From NCBI RefSeq assembly GCF_001194135.2, contig NC_068989.1, forward strand, positions 43,998,677-44,055,771: a stretch of DNA of 57,095 bases, given 5' to 3'. The notes below the pieces were generated by a model, which was not told the origin of the DNA, searched no databases, and saw only the letters and a list, made by a program, of their open reading frames with translations. Both the position numbers and the translations under genes were made by a program. Below are positions 1 to 11,978 of the stretch, in pieces (the first letter of the stretch is position 1; each line of letters opens with the position of its first letter). This DNA is from Octopus bimaculoides (taxonomy: Eukaryota).

Positions 1-180
1 AGGGAGAAAGGAGAGAAGAGAGAGGGAGAAAGGGGAGAAGAGAGAGGGAGAAAGGGGAGAAGAGAGAGGGAGAAAGGGAAGAAGAGAGAGGGAGAAAGGG
101 AAGAAGAGAGAGGGAGAAAGGGGAGAAGAGAGAGGGAGAAAGGGGAGAAGAGAGAGGGAGAAAGGGGAGAAGAGAGAGGG
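1..180. repeat. 22-bp purine-only minisatellite (agggagaaaggggagaagagag)n, about 8 copies
   Basis: Unit read directly with a 22-bp period; continues as a purine-rich tract to about 330. Confidence 0.9.
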
Positions 181-479
181 ATGAAAGAGGGGTGTGAGAG
201 AGAAGAGAGAGAGTAGGCAAAGACAGACTGAAAGAAAGAGATAAACAGAAAGGACGAATGAAGAAAGGAAGGACGAAAAAAGAAAGAAAGAAATAAAGGA
301 AGAAAGAAAGAGAAAGAAAAAGGAAAAAAGAAGTATCACGTGAATTGACACAGTTTATTGCCTAAGGGCCGAAAAGTGATTGGAAGTGAGCCATCATTGA
401 TTACGACGACGACGACGACGATGGTGGTGGTGGTAATAGCGGTGGGGGATGGTAGTGGTGGAAAGGGAGAAAAAGGAGG

Positions 480-790
480 CCGTCATCGTTATTATAATCG
501 TTCTCATCATCACCGTTCTCATCATCATCATCATCATCACCACCATCATCATAGTTATCATCTTCATCATTGGCGTCATAGCCATCATCATCATCATCAT
601 CACCATCATCATCACCATCATCATCACCATCATCATCATCATCATCATTATCATCATCGTCGTCATCCTCATCATCATCATCCTCCTCATCATCATCATC
701 ACCATTATCATCATCGTCGTCATAGCCATCAGCATCATCATCGTCGTCATCATCATCATCATAGTCTTCGTCGATATCGTCATCATAATT
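480..790. repeat. Degenerate (CAT)n trinucleotide tract
   Basis: CAT/CGT/CAC/TAT triplets; source of the poly-His, poly-Ile and poly-Met ORFs. Confidence 0.95.
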
Positions 791-1108
791 ACAGCAATAT
801 TATCCTTTACACCTTGGGGTTGGTGGAGTTGGGTTGGGTTGGGTTGGGTTGGGCTAAAAGTTAATTACTTCATTTCTGTAAATCAATACTTTATTAATTA
901 TTCGAATATTTTTCCTCGGGACCCATGTTAACTACAATGTTCTGTACTTACCCTTCTAGCCATCCATCTACCCATAAAATCAACCCAATGCGCCTACTCT
1001 CCCTGCTTTGTGTCTTACCTGCAGCTATTGACTTCCAAAATGGTAGCATTTTCATTAATCTCGAAGGGCTGGCAAAATCATTATTTTTATTCTTAATGAA
1101 CATGATTA

Positions 1109-1720
1109 CGGCCTCGAGCTGACAGAATCGTTAGCGCGTCGGACAAAGTTGCTTAGCTGCATTTCTACCGGCGCTTTACCTTTCTGACTTCAAATCCCGC
1201 CGAGGATAACTTTGCCTTTCATCCTTACGATGTCGATAAAAATAACGAATCAACCAAGTACTGCGGTCAATGTAATCGATTGTTCCCCCCTCCCCTTCAA
1301 AAATTTTGGACCTTGTACCAATAATGGAAAGAAATATTATCATTATTAATTCCTCCATGATTGACTATGCCTTTACACCCTTTCGGGGGTCGATGAAATA
1401 AGTACCAGGGGTGTACTGGAGCCGATGTAATCGACTTATCCCTTTCCCCACAAAAATTTCAGGTCCTTTTGCCTATTGCAGAAAGAATTATTACTATTAT
1501 TAAAGAGACGTGCTGGCAGAATCGTTGGCACGTTGGACGAAATGCTTAGTGGCATTTTGTCCGTCTTTACCTCTTGGGTTCATATTCCGCAGAGGTCGAC
1601 TTTGCCTTTCATCCTTTTGGGGCCAATGAAATAAGTACCAGTTGAGTACTGGGGTCGATGTAATCGACTAGCTCCTTCTCCCAAGATTTCAGGCCTTGTG
1701 CCAATAGGTGAATGGATTAT
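1109..1720 (+). mobile_element. Three head-to-tail tRNA-derived SINE copies, family A (about 1109-1335, 1363-1490 5'-truncated, 1503-1720)
   Basis: Head gagctggcagaatcgttagc, B-box-like ttcaaatccc, core tttgcctttcatcc...gtcgat, tail ggccttgtgcc...gaaag followed by (ATT)n. Confidence 0.8.
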
Positions 1721-2247
1721 TGCACAGTGTAACACAATTTTTGTCCCTGGGTAGCAGCTGTTATTTCGTATTTCCTTACCCTTAGAAAGTATGAAAAATG
1801 GCTAATATTTCCTTCAGACTTTGCTTTTGTTACATTTATTCAAACCCCAAAGAATCCCTTTCAACACATAGTTATGATGCACCCTCACTTCTCCTGCTCA
1901 TGATCAGAAAGGCACATATTGTTAGTCACTAAGGGACATGCTCAAGTGGTTAAGGTCAAGCAACTAACAAGCAAATCTGTGTTATTGGGCAGAATATTTG
2001 TTATAACGATATTTCTGCTTCAGCAACTCGGCGCTGAATCAGTCTGAAATGTAATGGAAAATAGATCAGTTTCCAAACATTGTTGTTCAGGTCACAAAAG
2101 CAAATTTTGAAGGGAATAATAGTCATTTCCTTTGATTTCTAGACAGAAGCAAGTAGGAAATAAAGCTCACTGACCAAAGACAAAAACAATTAATTAAATA
2201 AATGAATAAATAAATCAACCAATAAATATTTTTTTACAGAGAGTTAT

Positions 2248-2468
2248 TAAAGCGACGAGCTGGCAGAATTGTTAGCGCTTCGGATAAAATACTTAGAGGC
2301 ATTTCTTCCGGCTCTTTACATTCTGAGTGCAAATTCAGCCGAAGTCTCAACTTCGCCTTTCATCCATTCGGAGTCGATAAAATAAAGTCAGTCAAGTACC
2401 GAAGCCAATGTAATCGACTTGCCGCCCCCTCTCAAAATTACTGATCTTGTGCCAAAATTTGAAACCAT
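2248..2468 (+). mobile_element. SINE family A copy
   Basis: gcgacgagctggcagaattgttagc...gcctttcatccattcggagtcgat...cttgtgccaaaatttgaaacc. Confidence 0.8.
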
Positions 2469-2599
2469 TCTTTGTCGACACAATCTGCTGGAGAATCTCA
2501 AACAGTATGTTTATGCTGTGGATATTGATCATTACAGTTGCATGTGGTTTATAACAATGTGAGAATTTAATTTTCTTCTGACACAGGCACATGGATTGA

Positions 2600-2812
2600 A
2601 ATCGGAATGTAGAGTGGAAAGACTAGTCGATTAAATCCACCCTCCCGCCCACCATCAGTAACTGTACGGTGCTTTATTGTTATTGACCCCCAGGGGGGAT
2701 GGCAGACAAAGTTAACCTCTGTGGGATTTGAAACCCAGAACATAAGAAGCCGAAAGAAACACTGCGAAGCATTTCGTGAGATGCTCTAACAATTCTGCTA
2801 GACCACGTGGCT
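2600..2812 (-). mobile_element. SINE family A copy, degenerate
   Basis: Reverse-complement matches: gtcgattaaatc, gacccc, ggatttgaaaccc, ctaacaattctgctag. Confidence 0.7.
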
Positions 2813-2833
2813 TTGTACTCTTCTTAATATCTA

Positions 2834-2850
2834 TCTGTCTGTCTGTCTGT

Positions 2851-2883
<33 letters not shown>

Positions 2884-3130
2884 TGCCTGCCTGCCTGCCT
2901 GCCTGCCTGTCTATTTGTGTCCTAATATCAACCAATCACTGTCATCTCATACCAGAATTAGTGGGGCATAGATTACTTCAGAGCATACATACATACATAC
3001 ATTGATATACACATACACACACATGCACACACAAGTATGTATGTATGTATGTATGTATGTATGTATGTATGTATGTATGTATGTATGTATCTATGTATGT
3101 ATGTATGTGTGTATGTATGTATGTGTATAT
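2834..3130. repeat. (TCTG)/(CCTG)n and (TATG)n tetranucleotide microsatellites
   Basis: Read directly. Confidence 0.9.
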
Positions 3131-3574
3131 GTTTATACGCAGTATACTAACTTTGTCCGTTCTGAACTAGTTATGTTCACGTTTCCTTGGAAAATCTAAG
3201 TGAAGTTGTGAGGTGAAAAAAGGTTGAGAAACTCTTGCATACACCGTAATTGTATCAAAGACCTGAACCAACAACAAGACATCGATCGTCTGTTAATAAA
3301 ACTTTGTTATCCCGAAATTTTCGTTATATTATTTGATCTCATTGTTAGAAACCATATATAGCCCCAAATCTTGTCAGTGAAATTGGGTAGACAGAAACCG
3401 AACAAAGGTCTGTCGGGTGGATTGTACATGTAATATAAAAAAGATATAAAGCCTTGTCATATACTTGCGCTGAGTCCGTATGAGAATTACATTAATGGTA
3501 CACATATCTGTGAAATACACAGCCACTTACATGTTAATTTATCTACAACCGCAATCCTCCAATATTCGTTGTTG

Positions 3575-3948
3575 GCACTCAGTCGCTTACGACGTCGAGG
3601 GTTTCAGTTGATCCGATCAACGGAACAGCCTACTCGTGAAATTAACGTGCAAGTGGCTGAGCACTCCATAGACACGTGTACCCTTAACGTAGTTCTCGGG
3701 GATATTCAGCGTGACACAGTGTGACAAGGCTGGCCTTTTGAAATACAGGCACAATAGAAACAGGAAATAAGAGAGAAAGTTGTGGTGAAAGAGTACAGCA
3801 GGGTTCGCCACCATCCCCTGCCGGAGCCTCGTGGAGCTTTAGGTGTTTTCGCTCAATAAACACTCACAACGCCCGGTCTGGGAATCGAAACCGCGATCCT
3901 ATGACCGCGAGTCCGCTGCCCTAACCACTGGGCCATTGCGCCTCCACT
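3575..3948 (-). mobile_element. SINE family B, full length (tRNA-like head plus shared tail ending ...cgtaagcgactgagtgcc)
   Basis: Minus-strand head ggaggcgcaaTGGCCCAGTGGttagggcagcggactcgcgg...GTTTCGATTCC with A- and B-box; near-identical copies at 7244-7449 and 26095-26458. Confidence 0.9.
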
Positions 3949-4689
3949 ATTCACATTAATACTGGATGGTGCGGTAGATGGTGGCAGAAATGGTATGCAG
4001 GTACATCTTCGAAAGTATTTGCTTTGGTCCCTAAATTCGATTACGAACCTTTCCATAAACATATGTACAAGTAAACCCCTGGTCCTCAGCCTAGGGAGCA
4101 GTGTCCCTTGAGGGCATTGTGAGTTCAACAAGGGGACGGAAATGTCAAAAGAGTGCTGTTAGAATGCAGGGTTCTCAGAAGGAAGTTGTGAGTTTTATTA
4201 CCAATAAAATTTTTGACCCAGATATAATACTTATATTTTTCAACACACTTTCAAAAAAAAAAAAGAAGTTTTTGTCAGGATAAAAAACGAGTAAAACTTT
4301 GTTACCAATGAGCAGAAAACATGACTGATGACGTACCAAAACCCGATATAATTTCATTATATAAGTCCTCAACTTCTTTAGTAATTTCCACAAAGCTTTA
4401 TTATAGAAGGTGCTGTCCATACAGATATCTAAAATGGGTCGGTTAATGTAATCAAATACGGATAAATTAACTACAGAGCAAAACTAGCTTCTGTTTGATG
4501 GAAATTATCAAAATAATGAAATTTTGGAAGAAGGATCTAGATAGGGGACATTTGTAAAATGCCATTCAGTGAAAGGGATCACTGACCGACCAAAGGTTGC
4601 CCATCACTGCAGTAAAGAAACAGTTTGATAAAATTGGCGCTGGTCAACGTGGTCAAAAACGAGAGTGAAGTTCATGTGTTAGGATAAGT

Positions 4690-5305
4690 GGATCTTTTTT
4701 AAAACGGGGGCCACATTTTTCATTAACGAAACACTTTGAAACTTGGAACACTGGTAGAATGTGTCATATAAAACATCTTTTTCTCTTAGTCTTCTTAAAA
4801 AAAAAAGAAATCCATAAATTATTCCATGTTAAAGTTGTCGTATTTCTGTAATTTCAACCAATCACTGACGTCCATTCAGCCGATATACATTAAGTGCCGA
4901 CTACATAAACAAACGATTCTGAAACAATTAACCCTAACCCTAACCCTAACTCTAACCCTAACCCTAACCCTAACTCTAACCCTAACCCTAACCCTAACCC
5001 TACGGTTAGGGTTAAAGCAAATTTAAAATGAAAAAAGCAAATAAAACGAAGGTATGGAGATTAAATACGCTTTACATCGCTTAATCAGCCAAAGGAGTAA
5101 ATCTAAACAACTGAATACTTGTCAGTGATTGGTTGAAATTATCGAAATAAGACAATTTTTTAGATGAAATAAATTCGAATACAAAAATATTTTTCTGTTC
5201 TATAACACAAAATAGATAAGTATGCGAAGTTTGAAAGTCTTTCGGTACCAAAAACACTACGTAAAACATTAATGAAAAATGTGGCCCCCGTTTTAAAAAA
5301 GATCC
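4690..5305. mobile_element. Non-autonomous DNA transposon (MITE), Merlin-like, 616 bp, with internal (TAACCC)n array
   Basis: Perfect 37-bp TIRs (4690-4726 / 5269-5305) starting GGATC; 8-bp TSD ggataagt (4682-4689 / 5306-5313); internal 20-bp inverted repeat at about 4850-4869 / 5121-5140. Confidence 0.9.
4929..5011. repeat. Interstitial telomere-like repeat (TAACCC)n with TAACTC variants, about 12 units, followed by an inverted GGTTAGGGTT
   Basis: Read directly; reverse complement of TTAGGG. Confidence 0.95.
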
Positions 5306-5356
5306 GGATAAGTTAGTATATCGTGGACAGGGTAAGTTTTTTTTCTTTCAGACCTT

Positions 5357-5776
5357 GTGAAGGCGTATGGCCTAGTGGTTAAGGTGTTGCGGTCACAATC
5401 GCGAGATCGTGGGTTCGATTCCCAGACCGGGCTGCGTGTTGTGCTCTTGAGCAAAATACTTCATTTCACGTTGTTCTAGTGCTGTGTGGGGGATGGTATA
5501 TCAAAGAATAGACCCAACGTTTCCTCTGCGTGTCATAAAAAGACAACTAAAAGAAGTTGAGGTAGGATTTTCACTCCGACCTCGTAAAACCCTCACCAGC
5601 AAACACTACCCAAACTGGACTCATGGGCTGGAGGGTTGTCACTTGAGTGGTGGTGAGGTGTCATCCACCAGGATTAGTAAGGGATCACTAACAAACGGTG
5701 AATGTAACGACACGCTGTTACATCGCATGCCACCATACAAACTACTACTACTACGACGACGACGACGACGACGACT
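5357..5776 (+). mobile_element. SINE family D-type (tRNA head plus tgtgctcttgagcaa core) with a distinct tail ending in (CTA)n(CGA)n
   Basis: gaaggcgtaTGGCCTAGTGGttaagg...GGTTCGATTCCcagacc...tgtgctcttgagcaaaatacttcatttcacgttg. Confidence 0.75.
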
Positions 5777-6142
5777 ACAGATTTCCTTTCCTTCATGTCG
5801 TGCCAACTTTATCAAACTCACAGACTTATGTATTAGCATCGTTACATCTCACTAAAACCTTCAAGCCACCTCTGTGCTCCACTGTGTCACTGTAAATCTG
5901 TCTTCATGGTTCGACTCAGAAACACGAACTGAGAAATTATAAAATGATAAACTAAAATCTTTGAAGGAATTAATCCGGCCATCTGCCACTTAAATGAACT
6001 TCTTGAATTAACTTGAGTTAACTTTCAGTACCTTAAAACGATGCAAGCATTGGTATTGCCTGAGTCTATTTTATATTTCATTCTGCTAAATAAATACGTA
6101 CTCATCGTGTGATAACGTAAGCAGGTATTATTGTTAAATTAC

Positions 6143-6315
6143 GTGAGGCGGGTGAAATGGCAAAATCGTTGGAGCGGCGGCTAACACGGTCTGCAGATTG
6201 TCCCACTTCAAGCACCAGGAGCTCAAATCTCGCCGAAGATAATTTTGTCTTTTATCCTTTTAGGGTCGATAAAATAAAGTATTGGAGTCGATGGTAACGA
6301 CTTGCTCCTCTATTC
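6143..6315 (+). mobile_element. SINE family A copy running into a gap
   Basis: gaggcgggtgaaatggcaaaatcgttgg...ctcaaatctcgccgaag...gggtcgataaaataaagta. Confidence 0.65.
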
Positions 6316-7243
6316 NNNNNNNNNNNNNNNNNNNNNNNNNNNNNNNNNNNNNNNNNNNNNNNNNNNNNNNNNNNNNNNNNNNNNNNNNNNNNNNNNNNNN
6401 NNNNNNNNNNNNNNNNNNNNNNNNNNNNNNNNNNNNNNNNNNNNNNNNNNNNNNNNNNNNNNNNNNNNNNNNNNNNNNNNNNNNNNNNNNNNNNNNNNNN
6501 NNNNNNNNNNNNNNNNNNNNNNNNNNNNNNNNNNNNNNNNNNNNNNNNNNNNNNNNNNNNNNNNNNNNNNNNNNNNNNNNNNNNNNNNNNNNNNNNNNNN
6601 NNNNNNNNNNNNNNNNNNNNNNNNNNNNNNNNNNNNNNNNNNNNNNNNNNNNNNNNNNNNNNNNNNNNNNNNNNNNNNNNNNNNNNNNNNNNNNNNNNNN
6701 NNNNNNNNNNNNNNNNNNNNNNNNNNNNNNNNNNNNNNNNNNNNNNNNNNNNNNNNNNNNNNNNNNNNNNNNNNNNNNNNNNNNNNNNNNNNNNNNNNNN
6801 NNNNNNNNNNNNNNNNNNNNNNNNNNNNNNNNNNNNNNNNNNNNNNNNNNNNNNNNNNNNNNNNNNNNNNNNNNNNNNNNNNNNNNNNNNNNNNNNNNNN
6901 NNNNNNNNNNNNNNNNNNNNNNNNNNNNNNNNNNNNNNNNNNNNNNNNNNNNNNNNNNNNNNNNNNNNNNNNNNNNNNNNNNNNNNNNNNNNNNNNNNNN
7001 NNNNNNNNNNNNNNNNNNNNNNNNNNNNNNNNNNNNNNNNNNNNNNNNNNNNNNNNNNNNNNNNNNNNNNNNNNNNNNNNNNNNNNNNNNNNNNNNNNNN
7101 NNNNNNNNNNNNNNNNNNNNNNNNNNNNNNNNNNNNNNNNNNNNNNNNNNNNNNNNNNNNNNNNNNNNNNNNNNNNNNNNNNNNNNNNNNNNNNNNNNNN
7201 NNNNNNNNNNNNNNNNNNNNNNNNNNNNNNNNNNNNNNNNNNN

Positions 7244-7449
7244 CAGGCACAACAGAAACAGGAAGTAAGAGTGAGAGAAAGTTGTGGTAAAAGAGTACAG
7301 CAGGGTTCGCCACCATCCCCTGCCGGAGCCTCGTGGAGCTTTAGGTGTTTTCGCTCAACAAACACTCACAACGCCCGGTCTGGGAATCGAAACCGCGATC
7401 CTATGACCGCGAGTCCGCTGCCCTAACCACTGGACCATTGCGCCTCCAC
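7244..7449 (-). mobile_element. SINE family B, 5' half (remainder in gap)
   Basis: Almost base-for-base match to about 3745-3948. Confidence 0.9.
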
Positions 7450-7544
7450 GAACTCAGACTATAAAAATGAGGAAGAAAGACAACATAGCACGTCTTTTTA
7501 GACGCTCCACTGATTTTTCCAACCCACCATAATCAGATCCATTG

Positions 7545-8090
7545 AAATTTGAAGGGGCTAGTCGATGTCATCAACTCTAGTATAGTTGACTGGTACTTTA
7601 TTTTATCGACTCTGGAAAGGTGAAAGCTAAATTTGGAATTTTGCAGGATTTGAACTCGAAATGAAAAGAGCCCGAAGAAACACCGCAAGGCATTTTTTAC
7701 TGACTCCAACGATTCCACTAGCTCACCGTCTTGAACCATCAATAAAATATAAGAAATTCAAATTAATCGAATTCTTTAACAGAATAAAACCAAAACGATG
7801 AAGAACTATGGATTTTTTTGCGTCAAGATAGAAATGAGAACATTTATTAAGCGTGGAGTTTCTCTGGGGTTCTCTTGTCAGATTAAGGGCGGTGGATTGG
7901 CAGAATTTGTTGCAGAATGGTGGACAAAAAGCCAATTTCCTTAGTTATGTCTATGAGAAAGATTATTTGAACGCTCTCTGAGTTTAAACTGTGTCGCGAT
8001 CGATATAATAAGTACCAGTGTAGTAGAAAGATCGATATAATCGATTACACTTCTCCCGCCAAAAGTTGTGGCTTTATACCAGAAAATGAA
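7545..8090. mobile_element. Two degenerate SINE A copies in opposite orientation (7545-7735 minus; 7886-8090 plus)
   Basis: gatttgaactcgaa...gattccactagctcaccgtc on minus; aagggcggtggattggcagaatttgtt...agtaccagtg...atcgattac on plus. Confidence 0.6.
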
Positions 8091-8527
8091 GGTGGTGGGA
8101 GCACCGTCGTTGGCGTTGGCGCCGGCGACGGTGGTGGCGATGGCGTGTCTGACCAAACGGTTCTGCTATACCTAGCTGAGTGGCCCTTCGCGTCGACTTT
8201 CAAATCCATTGTAAGAATAAAAATAAAAACAACCATTATTAGTCTCTGTTCAAATCTTGCTATTATCGACTGTCTTCTATTTTCTTGGGACCGATTAGAT
8301 CCAATCAATAAAAAAAGAAAAGGATCCTCCGTTAGTTTCGTCAATCAGTACTGTAACTGTTCACACAACAAAACAACACCTCCTCATTAAATTACGGTGT
8401 AAATCGTTGAGGACAGGATGTAGATGCTCATGGATCCGGGTACTGCAGTACTGAAGTGGCCTCAACTTCACACCTATCATGACGAAATCTTATTATGAAA
8501 AATATAATTCTTATCTGAGCCACGGTA

Positions 8528-9383
8528 CTCCAGGGCCTATAAAAGCTACTTTGAAATGGCACTAGAGATGTGTGTGTCCTTAGCGTTAATCTTCAAACAG
8601 AATCAGCATGACACAATCTGTAAGAAAACTCTTTTAATTATAGATTTCTGCATAATCTACTGACAGTTTCTATTTTCTGCTTCAAGGTTTGGGACCATCC
8701 TTAATACAATGAGGTATTTACAGTTAAAAGTGTCCCAACTTACATAAATTGCTTTTTAGAGTTACCTTCTCATGCCGACTCACAAGAGCCGGTTTCCCGG
8801 TTTCATGGCGTATAAATTCTCCAACTTGACGAGACGCCCGTCCGTCATAGGATTACTCATTTTTGCCGGCTGAGTGGACTGGAACAACGTGAAATGAAGT
8901 GTTTTGCTCCAGAACACAACGCGTTACTTAGTCCAGGAATCGAAACCACAATCTTACGATCATGAGACCAACATCCTAACCACTAAACCACGCGCCTCCA
9001 AAATATATAAATTGTGACCTTATATGACTGCAAAAGTGTTGAACTGACGGAGTCGTTGGCGTATTGAGTAGAATACCTTGCGTCTTCATCTTAACTCATT
9101 GCGCCGAGAGTTCAAATCCCTGCGAGGTCATCGTTGACTTTCAGCCTTTTGGAGTTCTAATGAAGAACCAACCCAGAGCGATAGATTAGAAGAGCTGTTT
9201 GACGATCAGACACGATGCATTCTGAAAGCAACATTTGCTGTTAATTTTTATTTTGATAGATTATACAGAAATCTGTAATTAAAGGAGTTTTCTCACACAT
9301 TGTGTCAAACTAATTCTGTCTGAAGATTAATGCTAAGGACACACACTAGCGCCATCTCAAAGTAGCTCTTATAGGCCTCGGAG
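8528..9383. mobile_element. Candidate long-TIR MITE (about 130-bp imperfect inverted repeats) flanked by TA, Tc1/mariner-superfamily-like
   Basis: 8526-8660 matches the reverse complement of 9255-9385 along its length; outer ends TA|CTCC...GGAG|TA. Confidence 0.65.
8760..9000 (-). mobile_element. SINE family D-type with a different tail, inside the long inverted repeat
   Basis: Minus-strand head gaggcgcgTGGTTTAGTGGttagg...GTTTCGATTCC, core tgtgttctggagcaaaacacttcatttcacg; related copy at about 9620-9895. Confidence 0.75.
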
Positions 9384-10119
9384 TACGAGTCTTATTCAAA
9401 ACAACCTCCTCCTCTTCTTGAATTTACATAATCGTTGTGGTTACTTATAAGAAAGTATGACTGATAGCTCCACAGAGAAACAATTTGCTGTGAACAAATT
9501 CTGCGACACGGTTTCGATTCTCTGTTGAATCTATTTCAATTTACTTTCACTGTAAATTATTATAAAATTGGCCATTCCTACCCCTCAAGTAAAATGGGGA
9601 ACCTGTGTGCGTTTACTGAGGGCTACCATGAGCGCTTGGGCTTACCTAGCCGGAGTTTAACCCGGTTTATATGGCGTATAAGTGACTGAGATTACAGCAC
9701 TGTCACACTGAACGGGATGCCGGTCCATTGAAGGGTTAACTTCCCAGTAATTGCTGCAACCCATTCACACTTGAGTGAACTGGAACAGCTTAAAATGAAG
9801 TGTTTTGCTCAAGAATACAATGCACCACCCGCTCCGGGAATCAAAACCACGGCCTTACGATCGTAATTGTAACATCCCAATTACTAGGTCATGCGCTAAA
9901 TAAAATGAAATAGTCAAATAAAATTAGTAATATTTCTAAAATTTGGAGCAGGAGAATTAAATATCATTAGGTTTTTAGTTAACTCTCTTCCTGTTGTGAA
10001 TTGAAATTCCCTAGGGTCCATAAAATAAAGAACATTACTACAAGTGTTCAATGTTGTTCAAACTGTGTCACTTCATGCTCTTTTAAAATGCGGGCAAGTG
10101 GGCCTAAAAGAAACAATTA

Positions 10120-10468
10120 AGGGCTGTGGATTGGAAGAACCGTTAGAGCATCGAACAAACGGCTAAGCAGTATTTATTTCGACTCATTTTTATGTTCTGA
10201 GTTTAAATTCCACCGAGGGCAATTTTGCTTTTCATCCTTTCGGAGTCGATAAAATAAAATACTAATCAAGTAGAGGAGTCGATGGTATCGACTACACCCC
10301 CCTCTCCCTTCCTCTGTGCCTATATCAGAAACTACTTTGAAACGGTTGAGCGCCGCACTAAATGGCTTACATTATTGAATTTCCTCCCTCTATGTTCAGA
10401 GTTCAAACCCAACCGGGGTCGAATGGTACTGATTATCCCATTGATTATATCACCCCTACCAGGGGGGG
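10120..10468 (+). mobile_element. SINE family A copy plus a partial second copy
   Basis: ctgagtttaaattccaccgagggcaattttgcttttcatcctttcggagtcgat; second gttcagagttcaaaccc...gtcga. Confidence 0.7.
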
Positions 10469-10574
10469 NNNNNNNNNNNNNNNNNNNNNNNNNNNNNNNN
10501 NNNNNNNNNNNNNNNNNNNNNNNNNNNNNNNNNNNNNNNNNNNNNNNNNNNNNNNNNNNNNGTTCGATTATTAT

Positions 10575-11199
10575 ATATTTTATTAGTGGCGGCGGTGGTG
10601 GTGGTGGTGGTGGTAGTGGTGGTGGTGGAACTGATGGTGCTATTGGTGGTGGTGGTGGTGGTGGTAGGTGGTAGTGGTGATGGTGTTGGTGAAATTAGTG
10701 CTACAGGCGGCGACAAAGATGTTCACGATAATGGTGGTAGTCGCGGCGCTTAGATTGGTGGCAGAAATGGTTGGGAGAGAGATGGTCGGCGTCGCTGACA
10801 GCAGTGGTGGTGGTGGTGGTGATGGTGGCTGTGGTGGTGGTGGTGGTGGTGTTTGTGGTGGTACTGTATGTATAGTGTTATTGTTGTTCTTGTTAATGCA
10901 GTTCTTTAGCACGAGGTCAGCCTTGATCAAACAGGCATTAAGATCAAAGGCAATCCATTCATGACCATTCATTTTCCCTACATGCAGCGAATCCAGCACC
11001 GCATTATTGCAACGTGTTCTTTAGTCAGACTGCAAAATGCGATTTGAGGGAAGGTTTGGCTGCTATTTTAGAAGGTCGAACAACCACAGTGAGGCTCCCT
11101 CATTGGCTTGTGATGTTGTTGTTGTTGTTGTTAACAGTTGCAGTTGTGATGATTTATTGTGTGCTTTCGCTTTCATGTTGATACTGTTATTTATGACGT

Positions 11200-11239
<40 letters not shown>

Positions 11240-11873
11240 TGTGGTTGTGGTTGTGGTGGTGTTGGTGGTGGTAGTGGTAGTGGTAGTAGTAGTAGTAGTA
11301 GTAGTAGTAGCAGCAGCAGCAGCAGTAGTAGTAGTATTAGTAGTAGTAGTGGTTGTGGTTGTGGTTGTGGTGGTGTTGGTGGTGGTAGTGGTAGTGGTAG
11401 TAGTNNNNNNNNNNNNNNNNNNNNNNNNNNNNNNNNNNNNNNNNNNNNNNNNNNNNNNNNNNNNNNNNNNNNNNNNNNNNNNNNNNNNNNNNNNNNNNNN
11501 NNNNNNNNNNNNNNNNNNNNNNNNNNNNNNNNNNNNNNNNNNNNNNNNNNNNNNNNNNNNNNNNNNNNNNNNNNNNNNNNNNNNNNNNNNNNNNNNNNNN
11601 NNNNNNNNNNNNNNNNNNNNNNNNNNNNNNNNNNNNNNNNNNNNNNNNNNNNNNNNNNNNNNNNNNNNNNNNNNNNNNNNNNNNNNNNNNNNNNNNNNNN
11701 NNNNNNNNNNNNNNNNNNNNNNNNNNNNNNNNNNNNNNNNNNNNNNNNNNNNNNNNNNNNNNNNNNNNNNNNNNNNNNNNNNNNNNNNNNNNNNNNNNNN
11801 NNNNNNNNNNNNNNNNNNNNNNGTAGTGGTAGTAGTAGTGGTTGTGGTTGTGGTGGTGTTGGTGGTGGTAGTG

Positions 11874-11909
<36 letters not shown>

Positions 11910-11947
11910 TAGTAATAGTAGTAGTAGTAGTAGTAGTAGTATAGTAA

Positions 11948-11978
<31 letters not shown>

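Noticed and set aside
358-931. Poly-His, poly-Met and poly-Ile ORFs
   Set aside because: All frames are open only because of the (CAT)n tract; no splice signals or non-repetitive domain
3990-4085. Minus-strand VYLYICLWKGS as a possible SAT exon 4 (YxTWxG motif)
   Set aside because: In-frame stop directly after, no YLED motif, no convincing splice sites
4929-5001. True telomere or chromosome-fusion scar
   Set aside because: Short array enclosed by TIRs and a TSD, so it is transposon cargo
8083-8210. Possible plus-strand exon (ccag...gtaaga; ENEGGGSTVVG...)
   Set aside because: The acceptor lies in a SINE tail, the content is GGT-type low complexity, and no protein family is recognisable
10575-11404. 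Gly/Ser/Val-rich or Pro/Thr-rich structural-protein exons
   Set aside because: Triplet microsatellite mosaics without codon structure or splice support
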